NCBI GenBank assembly: GCA_938091485.1
Contig: CALKMV010000024.1
Coordinates: 7,165-71,164, forward strand
Direction: 5' to 3'
DNA from: an uncultured Luminiphilus sp.
GTDB lineage: Bacteria > Pseudomonadota > Gammaproteobacteria > Pseudomonadales > Halieaceae
Length of the DNA stretch: 64,000 nt
In this document: in pieces, positions 1 to 8,318 of the stretch
How the letters are laid out: each line of letters begins with the position of its first letter
Numbering within the stretch: the stretch's first letter is position 1
Made by a program: the position numbers and the translations under genes
The notes under the pieces: generated by a model
Databases searched by the model: none
Seen by the model: the letters and a program-made list of their open reading frames with translations, nothing else
What the model was told of the DNA's origin: nothing

Positions 1-946
1 GCGGATTCACCACCAACAGACCGCTATCCAGCGCCCGGTGTGTTGGCTTGGCCACCGCATCGAGACCCTTACAGCGAATACGAACGGTATTCTCTAAGCC
101 GAGCCGGGCAATATTTTCTTGAGATCGACGCACCGCCTGAATATCACCGTCGTACCCTCTGATTTCGATATCGGATTGGTCGGCATCACGGCCGCGTGCT
201 TCTGCCTCGATCCGAATAGCGCGCCATTGTTGCTCGTCATGCCCCACCCAGCCATGGAAGCCAAAAGCGGACCTCAGGAGCCCTGGGGCACGATCCAGAG
301 CCATCAACGCGCCCTCAAGCAGCAGCGTCGAGGACCCGCACATCGGATCAAGCAAAGCGCCACCATGCCGACTCTGATCGGGCCAGCCAGCCGCCCAAAG
401 CACCGCCGCTGCAATATTCTCTTTCAGTGGCGCCAATCCGCCACTCAATCGATAGCCACGGCGGTGCAGACTTTCCCCGCTAAGGTCCAAGCCGATCGAG
501 AGAGAGCCTTTACTCAGCCGTGCAACGATTCGCAGGTCCGGCTCTTTTACGCTTACCGTTGGTCGACTCAAACCCGCCTCGCGGAACTGATCAACGATCG
601 CATCTTTAATTCTCCGGGCCCCAAACTGCGCATTGCGAATGTCTGCACTGCGCCCAGAAAAGTCGACCATCAGTGAACTATTGGCAGACACCTGCTCGGT
701 CCAGCGTATGGTGCGTGCAACTTCATAGAGTTCGTCCGCCGACTGCGCAGGCCAGCTCCCCAGCTCAAGAACGATCCGGTTCGCCATCCGACTCCATAGA
801 CAGGCCCGATAGGCGAGCCCCAAAGGCCCCTCAAACGTGACTCCGACGGGTCTTTCAACAATAGACTGAGCTCCTAGTTGACTGAGCTCTTGGGCCAAAT
901 AAACTCCTACGCCAGCAGGACAGGTTGCTAGAAACCGGTGGGTCAC
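1..946 (-). CDS. rlmL: 23S rRNA m2G2445 methyltransferase RlmL/RlmKL, N-terminal part (runs off the window edge)
   Basis: Not in the ORF track; translated by hand from the minus strand. GTG at 946 gives MTHRFLATCPAGVGVYLAQELSQLGA...DPMCGSSTLLLEGALMALDRAPGL...RGYDGDIQAVRRSQENIARLGL...LLVVNP, i.e. THUMP plus class I MTase motifs. The start overlaps the upstream stop (GTGA). Confidence 0.9.
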   Translation of the reverse strand, partial: MTHRFLATCPAGVGVYLAQELSQLGAQSIVERPVGVTFEGPLGLAYRACLWSRMANRIVLELGSWPAQSADELYEVARTIRWTEQVSANSSLMVDFSGRSADIRNAQFGARRIKDAIVDQFREAGLSRPTVSVKEPDLRIVARLSKGSLSIGLDLSGESLHRRGYRLSGGLAPLKENIAAAVLWAAGWPDQSRHGGALLDPMCGSSTLLLEGALMALDRAPGLLRSAFGFHGWVGHDEQQWRAIRIEAEARGRDADQSDIEIRGYDGDIQAVRRSQENIARLGLENTVRIRCKGLDAVAKPTHRALDSGLLVVNP

Positions 947-2025
947 TGTGTCGCTGCTCCACTCTCGATGAGATAAATATCACGCAGCAAACGGCGCCAG
1001 GTGGCGTACTGGGATTCCAGCGTTCCCTCGAGGCGAACGACCTGATCTTGCGTCTGCATCATCGTGGGTTGGCTCTCCCCATCAAAGGCCTCAGCCAGCT
1101 CAAAAAGGGACTGCTCCTGCATGCGAAACGAACGGTAAGCCGCATACTCGGCCTGCATACGAGAGAATTCGCCATCACCCTCATTATCCTCACGATTCGC
1201 AGCCCTCTGCTCGTAACGCTCCAACCATTCAGATTGCTCAAGTGTGGCTTCTCGCCACAGGGCGTAAGTGGGTCCAACCCGATTCATCAAATCGACATAC
1301 TGCTCATCGATGGTGTCGCAAAAGAGATACTCCTGATTGCGGATGCGCTCGACCCGGGCCAGCATAGGGTCATCAGATGCCGGCAAACGCACCAGCTGCC
1401 AACCGTTCTCTGACCTTTCAATCATTCCCGAGAAGGCGTCGGGCGCCAAAGTTTCGGCGTACGCCACAGCCGCCGCTTCAATCAGGTTGCTTTGCGCGTC
1501 AGGGTTCATAGCACTCCAAGCCGCCAACAATTGGTTGCTCACAGCATTAAAAATGCCAGCGAAGCCATCCCTGCCCTGTGAATGCTGACGAAATGCGAAT
1601 CTCTGATCGAGCCAGAGGGTACCCAGCGCATCTTCCGCCCTCACATGCAGCATCAAATCTCTTCCATCCGAATACAAGATTTGTGTTCGAATCGAAACTG
1701 GAACAAGCGCTGAGACCTCGGGCACCATTCTGATAACACCCCACTGATTGCTTCGCACCAGCGTGTCCCTCAAGTCACCCGCCAAAAGCTGGCTTTCGAG
1801 CCGCCTGACCGCGGCCATTGGGGAGCTGTCTTCTCGCGGAACACCGGGATCAAACAGCTCCACCGCGATATCCAGAGCGGGTTGCATTGGAGCACCGGCA
1901 ATATGGAGGGGCTCAACAGCGTCCCAGACAGGCAAAGCATTAGCCACGGAATGCTCGGGCGCGACCACTGCTGGCGCACAGCCCGCCATCCAATAACAAG
2001 CAACAAAGAGTAGCGAACGGACCAT
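943..2025 (-). CDS. Hypothetical lipoprotein
   Basis: Long ORF (943..2175). Likely start ATG 2025 gives MVRSLLFVACYWMAG-C (lipobox-like), directly after the stop of the upstream gene. Confidence 0.7.
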   Translation of the reverse strand: MVRSLLFVACYWMAGCAPAVVAPEHSVANALPVWDAVEPLHIAGAPMQPALDIAVELFDPGVPREDSSPMAAVRRLESQLLAGDLRDTLVRSNQWGVIRMVPEVSALVPVSIRTQILYSDGRDLMLHVRAEDALGTLWLDQRFAFRQHSQGRDGFAGIFNAVSNQLLAAWSAMNPDAQSNLIEAAAVAYAETLAPDAFSGMIERSENGWQLVRLPASDDPMLARVERIRNQEYLFCDTIDEQYVDLMNRVGPTYALWREATLEQSEWLERYEQRAANREDNEGDGEFSRMQAEYAAYRSFRMQEQSLFELAEAFDGESQPTMMQTQDQVVRLEGTLESQYATWRRLLRDIYLIESGAATQ

Positions 2026-2026
2026 G

Positions 2027-2713
2027 TCAGGATGCTCCCCCGCCAGATATGTCTTGCTCGGTGGTGCAGACTCTGCCGCGGCTAAGGGTTTCGATACATC
2101 GATAGCCTCGTGCCGCCGGGTCGTAGCGTGAAAAAATACGTACCACCTCCATATCTCGCGCCACACCGGGCGCAATCAATGCAGTGCGCTGGGAGAGAGA
2201 CAATCCATCTGCTGAACGCACAAAGCGATGCTTGATCAGCAGACCATCTGGCAGCAGCACGTGAAAATGGAGTTGCTGACCATCCCACCAACATGTTTCC
2301 ACGCCCAGCTGACTGGGCACAGGACGCGACCCCTTGAGATCACAGGTCAGCGCAAAGCTGTTTTCTCGTTCTATTCGAACCCGCTGAGAATCTTGATATA
2401 CCTCTAACAATTCAGCCTCAGTGACCAGCTCTGCCATTTTCGCCACCGCTACAAGTTTATCGAGATCTCCCAGTGGCACGCCCTGATAGCTAGAGCCCCT
2501 CTCTGCTGCCTGGGCGCGTCGCCTGAGTTCACGCTGCACCTCGCGAAATGACGCGTTAACTTGAGTCTGCACGCTGTCACTGCGCGCGTAGTCGACCTCC
2601 CAATGCCCTGACATGTCTGGGACGGGCGTGTTGACGCTCGAAACTGGCGCTGGCTCGTTGGCACAAGCGACCAAAGAGACGGCCACAAAAACGGACAGTG
2701 CTGACAGTAACAT
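2027..2713 (-). CDS. Hypothetical lipoprotein
   Basis: ORF 2027..2857. Probable start ATG 2713: MLLSALSVFVAVSLVA-C with an LVAC lipobox; a DMSGHW motif follows (lipocalin-like GxW). Confidence 0.7.
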   Translation of the reverse strand: MLLSALSVFVAVSLVACANEPAPVSSVNTPVPDMSGHWEVDYARSDSVQTQVNASFREVQRELRRRAQAAERGSSYQGVPLGDLDKLVAVAKMAELVTEAELLEVYQDSQRVRIERENSFALTCDLKGSRPVPSQLGVETCWWDGQQLHFHVLLPDGLLIKHRFVRSADGLSLSQRTALIAPGVARDMEVVRIFSRYDPAARGYRCIETLSRGRVCTTEQDISGGGAS

Positions 2714-2843
2714 CTGCTCAAAAAACCAGCAGTATCGAGCACGTGCAAGGCTCACCAGTGAATGCCCCTTTTTACTTGACGATCGCGAAACCGGCGGCAG
2801 TCGCCCCAGCCACCAGTAAATCATTGTCCACGGAGCGGAGTGA

Positions 2844-3461
2844 CTACCGCTGAGCACAACCCCACACGTTAAACCCGGCTATTCGCGGCGTGCCCGGCAG
2901 ATACATCTGGTCCAGCGAATCAATTGAGAACCCTGCCTTCGAAATCCAATCCACTATGGGCCGGTTCAAATTACAGCCACCCAAAAGGCGCCGCCAAACC
3001 GGATTAACACGCGCCTGCCACCTAGCCACTGAGTCATCCGGTGCTTCCCCGTGCTCGCAAAATACGAGCTGGCCACCGGGTCTTAGCACTCTGCGGATTT
3101 CAGACAGGGCCGTCCGCGCGTCGGGAATGGTGCACAAACTAAAAGTCATCAAAACCGTATCAAAAGCCGCGTCGGGCAGGGGCATATCTTCCGCTGATCC
3201 CTCCAAGAACTCGAGGGGCACGCCGAGCCGAGAGGCCCTGCTCTGTGCCAGGGCCCAACTGGTCACGCACGGGTCAATGCCCAAAACTGAGTCGACACGC
3301 GCAGCGTCGTAATAAGGTAGGTTGTGCCCCGCCCCCACTCCAATTTCCAACACTCGACCCTCTGCCAGCGGCACGACTTTCTCACGCTGCTTCAGAATCG
3401 GCTTGGTGCCACAGGCGCATGTCACCAAGCGCGGCACAATCTTCTCGTTATAGAAGCCCAT
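2844..3461 (-). CDS. Class I SAM-dependent methyltransferase (phospholipid N-methyltransferase/UbiE-like)
   Basis: VLEIGVGAG motif I, FDTV, EIRRVLRPGG, and a GGCNLNR C-terminal motif. Confidence 0.88.
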   Translation of the reverse strand: MGFYNEKIVPRLVTCACGTKPILKQREKVVPLAEGRVLEIGVGAGHNLPYYDAARVDSVLGIDPCVTSWALAQSRASRLGVPLEFLEGSAEDMPLPDAAFDTVLMTFSLCTIPDARTALSEIRRVLRPGGQLVFCEHGEAPDDSVARWQARVNPVWRRLLGGCNLNRPIVDWISKAGFSIDSLDQMYLPGTPRIAGFNVWGCAQR

Positions 3462-3548
3462 TACTCATCTCCTCGATCTTTTTTGACAAGTTCGCATTCC
3501 GCAGTTAACGCCACGTCTTAGCCCCTCATCAAGGTGCGGTTGACGACC

Positions 3549-4403
3549 TCACTCTTCTTGCGACACCCCGCCTTGCGCTGCTCGAGCCGCTGCCGCTTGC
3601 GCCTCCAGCGCCTCACTCAGAGCGGCCTCTAACTGATGGTGATCCTGCGGCCTCTCAATCTCAGGATAAGCGTCGGGGTCAATTCGCCGCATTTCCTCTT
3701 CGATCCAGCAGGAAACCTTTTCCATCAGCTCTGCTGCGCTCTCACCGGGAGAAGGCGCTATGGGCGGCCCGAAGGAGACAGCCGCCGTGCCCGGGATAAA
3801 GGTAAAGCTCTTTCGTGGCCAACAACGCGCTGATGCGACAGCAATCGGCACAATACTGGCTCCCGTCGAAATCGCCAGTCTGGCGGCGCCCGTTTTGTAG
3901 ACGCCCTGCCCCCCGCGCTCTGACCGGGTGCCCTCTGGGAACATGATCACCCACTTACCCCGATCCATCAGCGTCTCTCCAAGCGAGGCGACCTTGTTCC
4001 AAGCGTCACCCCGCGCGCTTCGATCAATGTGAATCATATTGAGGCAAGCCATAGCCCACCCGAAAAACGGTATGTACAGCAGTTCACGTTTGAACACATA
4101 GGCCAGCGGGTGCGGCATGCGACTGGCGAAGAAGAAAGTCTCCCAGGTGGACTGGTGTTTCGGACAGAGAATGATGCGTTGGTTATCTTCAGCAGAGGGC
4201 AACCCCTCCTCGCCCGTCACCGTGTAACGAATACCCCCGACGATGCGGACCGCCTCGACCGCCCCTCTCAGCCAGGGTCTTGCCAGATACCACCACCGCG
4301 CATCAGGTCCAATAAAGGGTGCGGTAATGATAATCACGGAGGCGGCCGGAATGACCGTAACCGCCATCCACAGAAATACCAGCACCGAACGAAGTGACCG
4401 CAT
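3549..4403 (-). CDS. plsC: 1-acyl-sn-glycerol-3-phosphate acyltransferase
   Basis: KHQSTWE (HxxxxD/E), FKREL and FPEGTRS motifs; N-terminal TM segment. Start 4403 or 4415. Confidence 0.9.
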   Translation of the reverse strand: MRSLRSVLVFLWMAVTVIPAASVIIITAPFIGPDARWWYLARPWLRGAVEAVRIVGGIRYTVTGEEGLPSAEDNQRIILCPKHQSTWETFFFASRMPHPLAYVFKRELLYIPFFGWAMACLNMIHIDRSARGDAWNKVASLGETLMDRGKWVIMFPEGTRSERGGQGVYKTGAARLAISTGASIVPIAVASARCWPRKSFTFIPGTAAVSFGPPIAPSPGESAAELMEKVSCWIEEEMRRIDPDAYPEIERPQDHHQLEAALSEALEAQAAAARAAQGGVSQEE

Positions 4404-4579
4404 TAATCGCCACACCGACTCTGGTTCGAGTTGCGCTTCTCAAATGATCGTCGCATGAACTCTCGGCACCTTAGATCGTTAATCGGTGGGCATTAAACCA
4501 GAAACCAGCTGCCTCGGTCAGCCCGCCGCTTTGTGGGTCGCGCGTCCCTGCTTATAATGCACGCACCGGAGATGGCCAC

Positions 4580-4906
4580 ATGAATAAACCCCCTTCCAAA
4601 ACTGACTTACGGGAGCGCCTGCAACGGCAGACTGCCGCATTTTTGTCATCCGGGGGTAAAGTTCAAGAGCTTCGAACCGGCGAGAGCGCCTACGAACGCA
4701 ATCAAGTACCTCCGGCAGCGCCCCTATTTGAGACCCGCCGCAGTGAGCGCACACCGCTAACCGATGTGATCACAGCGCTGGATGCACGACGGGCAGCAAA
4801 ACGCAGTCGAACTAAAGTCGTCAGGCGAAGAACACCGCGTAAACGAAGACAGGTCGTATATGACGATTTCGGCGAGCCCCTCAGGGTCGTTTGGGTGGAA
4901 GAGTAG
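4580..4906 (+). CDS. Small basic hypothetical protein with a SutA-like motif
   Basis: 108 aa; LQRQTAAFLSSGGKVQE segment, Arg-rich tail, YDDFGEP C-terminus; TATAAT and GGAG upstream. Confidence 0.75.
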   Translation: MNKPPSKTDLRERLQRQTAAFLSSGGKVQELRTGESAYERNQVPPAAPLFETRRSERTPLTDVITALDARRAAKRSRTKVVRRRTPRKRRQVVYDDFGEPLRVVWVEE

Positions 4907-4953
4907 CTCCAGCACAACCAATGTGAATACCGCAGCCCATTCGAGAACAGACG

Positions 4954-4980
4954 TGAACTAGGCATCCTTTGCCGACGTAA
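4954..4980 (+). promoter_or_regulatory. Putative ECF-sigma promoter (TGAACT-N16-CGTAA)
   Basis: Sequence tgaact-aggcatcctttgccga-cgtaa, 30 bp upstream of ATG 5011; resembles ECF consensus promoters. Confidence 0.4.
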
Positions 4981-4983
4981 TAT

Positions 4984-6435
4984 ATGCACCCTCTTGCGGC
5001 GCAGGCACTCATGATCACCCTCACAGAAACCATCGAGGCACCAAGACCGGTGGAGGCCTGCTTTCGTTACGTCGCCGACTTCAGAACCACTGTTGAGTGG
5101 GATGCCACCGCCATCAGAGCGAGCAAGCTCACCCCAGGGCCGATTGACACGGGCACTCGCTTCTCGGTCCTCTGCCGGGCGGGCCGTGGTCACCTTAAGC
5201 TGGCCTACGAGATTACCGAGCTCACGCCATACCAGTGCATCGTCCTCGAGGGTCGAGGACGTTGGTTCAGTATCAGAGACGTCATCACGTTTGAGTCCCT
5301 TGGCGATAACTTGACCCGCATTCACTACGTAGCGGAGTTCACGTTTCGCACCGGATTGCAGCGTCTCGCTAAGCGTGCCGAATCGGGTTTCAAAAAAATG
5401 GGGCAAGAAAGCGTGCGCGGTCTGGCCATAGCGCTAAGCGATGACAATCCCCCTCCTCAGACCTTGCCCGAAACGCTGAAAAAAGACCGCAAGCTCCCAA
5501 CGGCACTCGCTTGCTTCACCCGGCATGGATACCGTAGAGGGCAGAGAATCTGGCAGCCCATGAGTGCCGATATGACGGGCAAGCATGTTGTGCTGACCGG
5601 CGCCAACGCCGGCTTGGGATTTGCCACCGCAGCCTCCCTGCTGGAAGCCGGCGCCACACTGACCGTGGTGATTCGCGATACTGCGAAGGCCGAACGTATG
5701 CAGCAGGCGCTAAATGAAGAAACCGGTAGGCAGGCCGATTCCGTCGAATTCGCTGATTTGAGCCTTCTCGGAGACGTCGCCGCGCTCTCCGACAGATTAC
5801 TTGCACAAGGTAAGCCGATCGATGTGCTCATTAATAACGCCGGCGCACTCTTCAACGACTACGCTGAAACAGCTGAGGGAATTGAACGAAGCATTGCGCT
5901 GCTGCTGCTTTCACCCTGGAAGCTAACTGAATCCCTACTGCCGTTGCTGCAGAGCCATGCCCAACCCGCTCGCATCATCAACGTTGTCTCGGGGGGAATG
6001 TATACCCAGAAACTTCGCTGCGATGAACTCATCATGACAGCCGACGATTTCAAAGGCAGCGTGGCCTACGCTCGGGCCAAGCGTGCGCTTACCGTCCTGA
6101 CTGAGCTATGGGCAGAAGCATGGAAAGAGCACAATATTGCCGTCAACAGCATGCACCCGGGATGGGCTGACACCCCCGGCGTGCAAACCGCGCTGCCAGG
6201 ATTCCGTCGCGTTACACAACGCGTTCTTCGCTCACCGGCTGAGGGCGCCGACACCATTGTCTGGTTGGCCCGGGCCAGCGAGGCAGATCAAGTGAGCGGC
6301 AAGCTCTTCCTCGATCGCGAGCCCCGAACAACTCACCTCCGGTCAGGGACCCAGGAGAAACCCGAAGAGCGGGTCCGGCTACTTGAATGGTTGAGCCACA
6401 CCTACAACAGGTTAGATTTGAGCGCTAAGGGTTGA
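4984..6435 (+). CDS. SRPBCC/START domain fused to a short-chain dehydrogenase (DHRS12-like)
   Basis: N-terminal polyketide-cyclase-like region (FRYVADFRTTVEWD). C-terminal SDR with TGANAGLG, INNAG, YARAK and MHPGWADTPG. Start may be ATG 5011. Confidence 0.88.
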   Translation: MHPLAAQALMITLTETIEAPRPVEACFRYVADFRTTVEWDATAIRASKLTPGPIDTGTRFSVLCRAGRGHLKLAYEITELTPYQCIVLEGRGRWFSIRDVITFESLGDNLTRIHYVAEFTFRTGLQRLAKRAESGFKKMGQESVRGLAIALSDDNPPPQTLPETLKKDRKLPTALACFTRHGYRRGQRIWQPMSADMTGKHVVLTGANAGLGFATAASLLEAGATLTVVIRDTAKAERMQQALNEETGRQADSVEFADLSLLGDVAALSDRLLAQGKPIDVLINNAGALFNDYAETAEGIERSIALLLLSPWKLTESLLPLLQSHAQPARIINVVSGGMYTQKLRCDELIMTADDFKGSVAYARAKRALTVLTELWAEAWKEHNIAVNSMHPGWADTPGVQTALPGFRRVTQRVLRSPAEGADTIVWLARASEADQVSGKLFLDREPRTTHLRSGTQEKPEERVRLLEWLSHTYNRLDLSAKG

Positions 6436-6489
6436 GCGTGCTCATGTGAGCCGTTAGTGTCGGAGGCGACTCTCCGTCAAGGACGCATC

Positions 6490-7659
6490 ATGAGTAATGC
6501 AATCGAACACTTCGAGCCTCGCTTTGAAGCAGTCGCGGTCGAAGATGCCGTTCGGCGGCTGACGCAAACGCGCTTCCCCAACCCTGAAACCGTGGAAGAT
6601 TGGAAACAGGGGGTACCGCTGAGCTATTGCCAGGAACTGGTCCGGTACTGGCGCGAGGAATACGACTGGCAGCGCGTCCCCACACTGCTTAATCAGTTCG
6701 ACAATCTCGCGACTGAAATTGAAGGAATAAAGATCCACTTCCTGCACATCAGAAGTCGTCACACTCAGGCGCAGCCCCTGCTCATCACCCATGGCTGGCC
6801 CGGTTCAATTCTCGAATTTCTAGACATTATCGAGCCGCTCACAGATCCGACCCAGCATGGTGGTGACCCGGAAGATGCCTTCCATCTTGTCATTCCCAGT
6901 TTGCCTGGCTTCGGCTTCTCCGATCAGCCAACTTCTCCAGGAATGGGAGTTGAAAGTATTGCCGCCATCTGGGATCAGCTTATGCAGCGTTTGGGCTATG
7001 AGCGTTACATTGCCCAAGGAGGCGACTGGGGTTCACTGGTAACCCACGCCGTGCTGCTGCACCCAGAAACCCACTGTCTCGCTGGTCACGTCAATTTGCC
7101 GATCGTGTTACCGGACGAGCACACCATGAGCGGCTCCGATCCCGCCGAGCAACCAACGCTCACAGCGGCGCTGCATTATCAGGAGCATGAATCTGGCTAC
7201 TCCAAGCAGCAGAGCACTCGCCCACAAACGCTGGCCTATGGTCTGGCTGATTCGCCCGCGGGACAAATGGCGTGGATCATCGAAAAATACGCGACTTGGA
7301 CAGACTGCGAGCGAGACGGCATTCGCCATCCAGAAAATGCCATAGGCAGAGATGTCCTGCTCGACATCGCCACCCATTACTGGATGACTAATACCGGGGG
7401 CAGCAGTGCAAGGCTCTACTGGGAGAGCTTCACCAAGGCCGACTACCGCCCTGTCGAAGCGCCCATGGGTCTATCGTTGTTTCCGAAGGAGCTTTTTTTG
7501 TGCACCGAACGTTTGGCACGAACGCGGTACCAGCATTTAGTGATGTTCAATGATCAACACGCGGCCGGTGGCCACTTTGCCTCGCTGGAGCAGCCACAGG
7601 CACTCGTCAGCGACATCCGGGCATGGCATGCCATATTGCAAGCGCAGGAGCTGATCTGA
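6490..7659 (+). CDS. Epoxide hydrolase (microsomal type, EHN domain + alpha/beta hydrolase)
   Basis: HGWPGS, PSLPGFGFS, GGDWG nucleophile and GGHFA catalytic His. Confidence 0.92.
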   Translation: MSNAIEHFEPRFEAVAVEDAVRRLTQTRFPNPETVEDWKQGVPLSYCQELVRYWREEYDWQRVPTLLNQFDNLATEIEGIKIHFLHIRSRHTQAQPLLITHGWPGSILEFLDIIEPLTDPTQHGGDPEDAFHLVIPSLPGFGFSDQPTSPGMGVESIAAIWDQLMQRLGYERYIAQGGDWGSLVTHAVLLHPETHCLAGHVNLPIVLPDEHTMSGSDPAEQPTLTAALHYQEHESGYSKQQSTRPQTLAYGLADSPAGQMAWIIEKYATWTDCERDGIRHPENAIGRDVLLDIATHYWMTNTGGSSARLYWESFTKADYRPVEAPMGLSLFPKELFLCTERLARTRYQHLVMFNDQHAAGGHFASLEQPQALVSDIRAWHAILQAQELI

Positions 7660-7660
7660 C

Positions 7661-8314
7661 ATGCGTGCCGCACCCAGTCCCTATAAGGCCGGCTCATATG
7701 AGGCAACCTATTGGCAGGCGCGCCAGCGCCTTGCTGCCGCAACAAGAGCTCTCAACGAAAAGCTTGTCAGCACAGACATTCATCCGGAAATGGCCGACGC
7801 ACTCACAGGGAAAATTGAGCACCTCACGGCGGAGCTGAGCCAGATTGAACAAATCGAAGGCCTGATCGATATGGCGAAACTGGGCGAGCGAGGCACCATC
7901 GATAATGTCATGGGCGAGTTGGTTGCTATGGCAGGTAGAAGCCATCCCTGCTCGCCGGAATTATTCTGGCAGGAGAAGCAAAATCTCATCACAGGATCGG
8001 TGACCTTTAGTCAGGCTTTTGAGGGCCCGCCCGGGCACGTTCATGGTGGCTGGGTGGCCGGTATCCTCGATCACCTAATGGGTATGACCCACGTCCGAAC
8101 AGGGCACCCTGGTATGACCGGGGGACTGTCAGTGAGATACCTGAAACCCACACCGCTCAATCAGTTGATAGAGGTTAGGGCGCAAGCGACAGAGCTCGAC
8201 GAACGCCGCACAGAGGTGGCTGCGACAATGCGCTTTGGCGATACCACCACCGCGACAGCAGAGGCTATCTTCGTTCGGGTCGACAGAGAAAAATTCGGGT
8301 TCGACAGAGCCTGA
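7661..8314 (+). CDS. PaaI-family hot-dog thioesterase
   Basis: EGPPGHVHGGWVAGILD motif and LSVRYLKPTPL. Confidence 0.88.
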   Translation: MRAAPSPYKAGSYEATYWQARQRLAAATRALNEKLVSTDIHPEMADALTGKIEHLTAELSQIEQIEGLIDMAKLGERGTIDNVMGELVAMAGRSHPCSPELFWQEKQNLITGSVTFSQAFEGPPGHVHGGWVAGILDHLMGMTHVRTGHPGMTGGLSVRYLKPTPLNQLIEVRAQATELDERRTEVAATMRFGDTTTATAEAIFVRVDREKFGFDRA

Positions 8315-8318
8315 CCCG

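Noticed and set aside
119-676. 185-aa plus-strand ORF
   Set aside because: It is antisense to rlmL, which the ORF track missed because that gene runs off the window.
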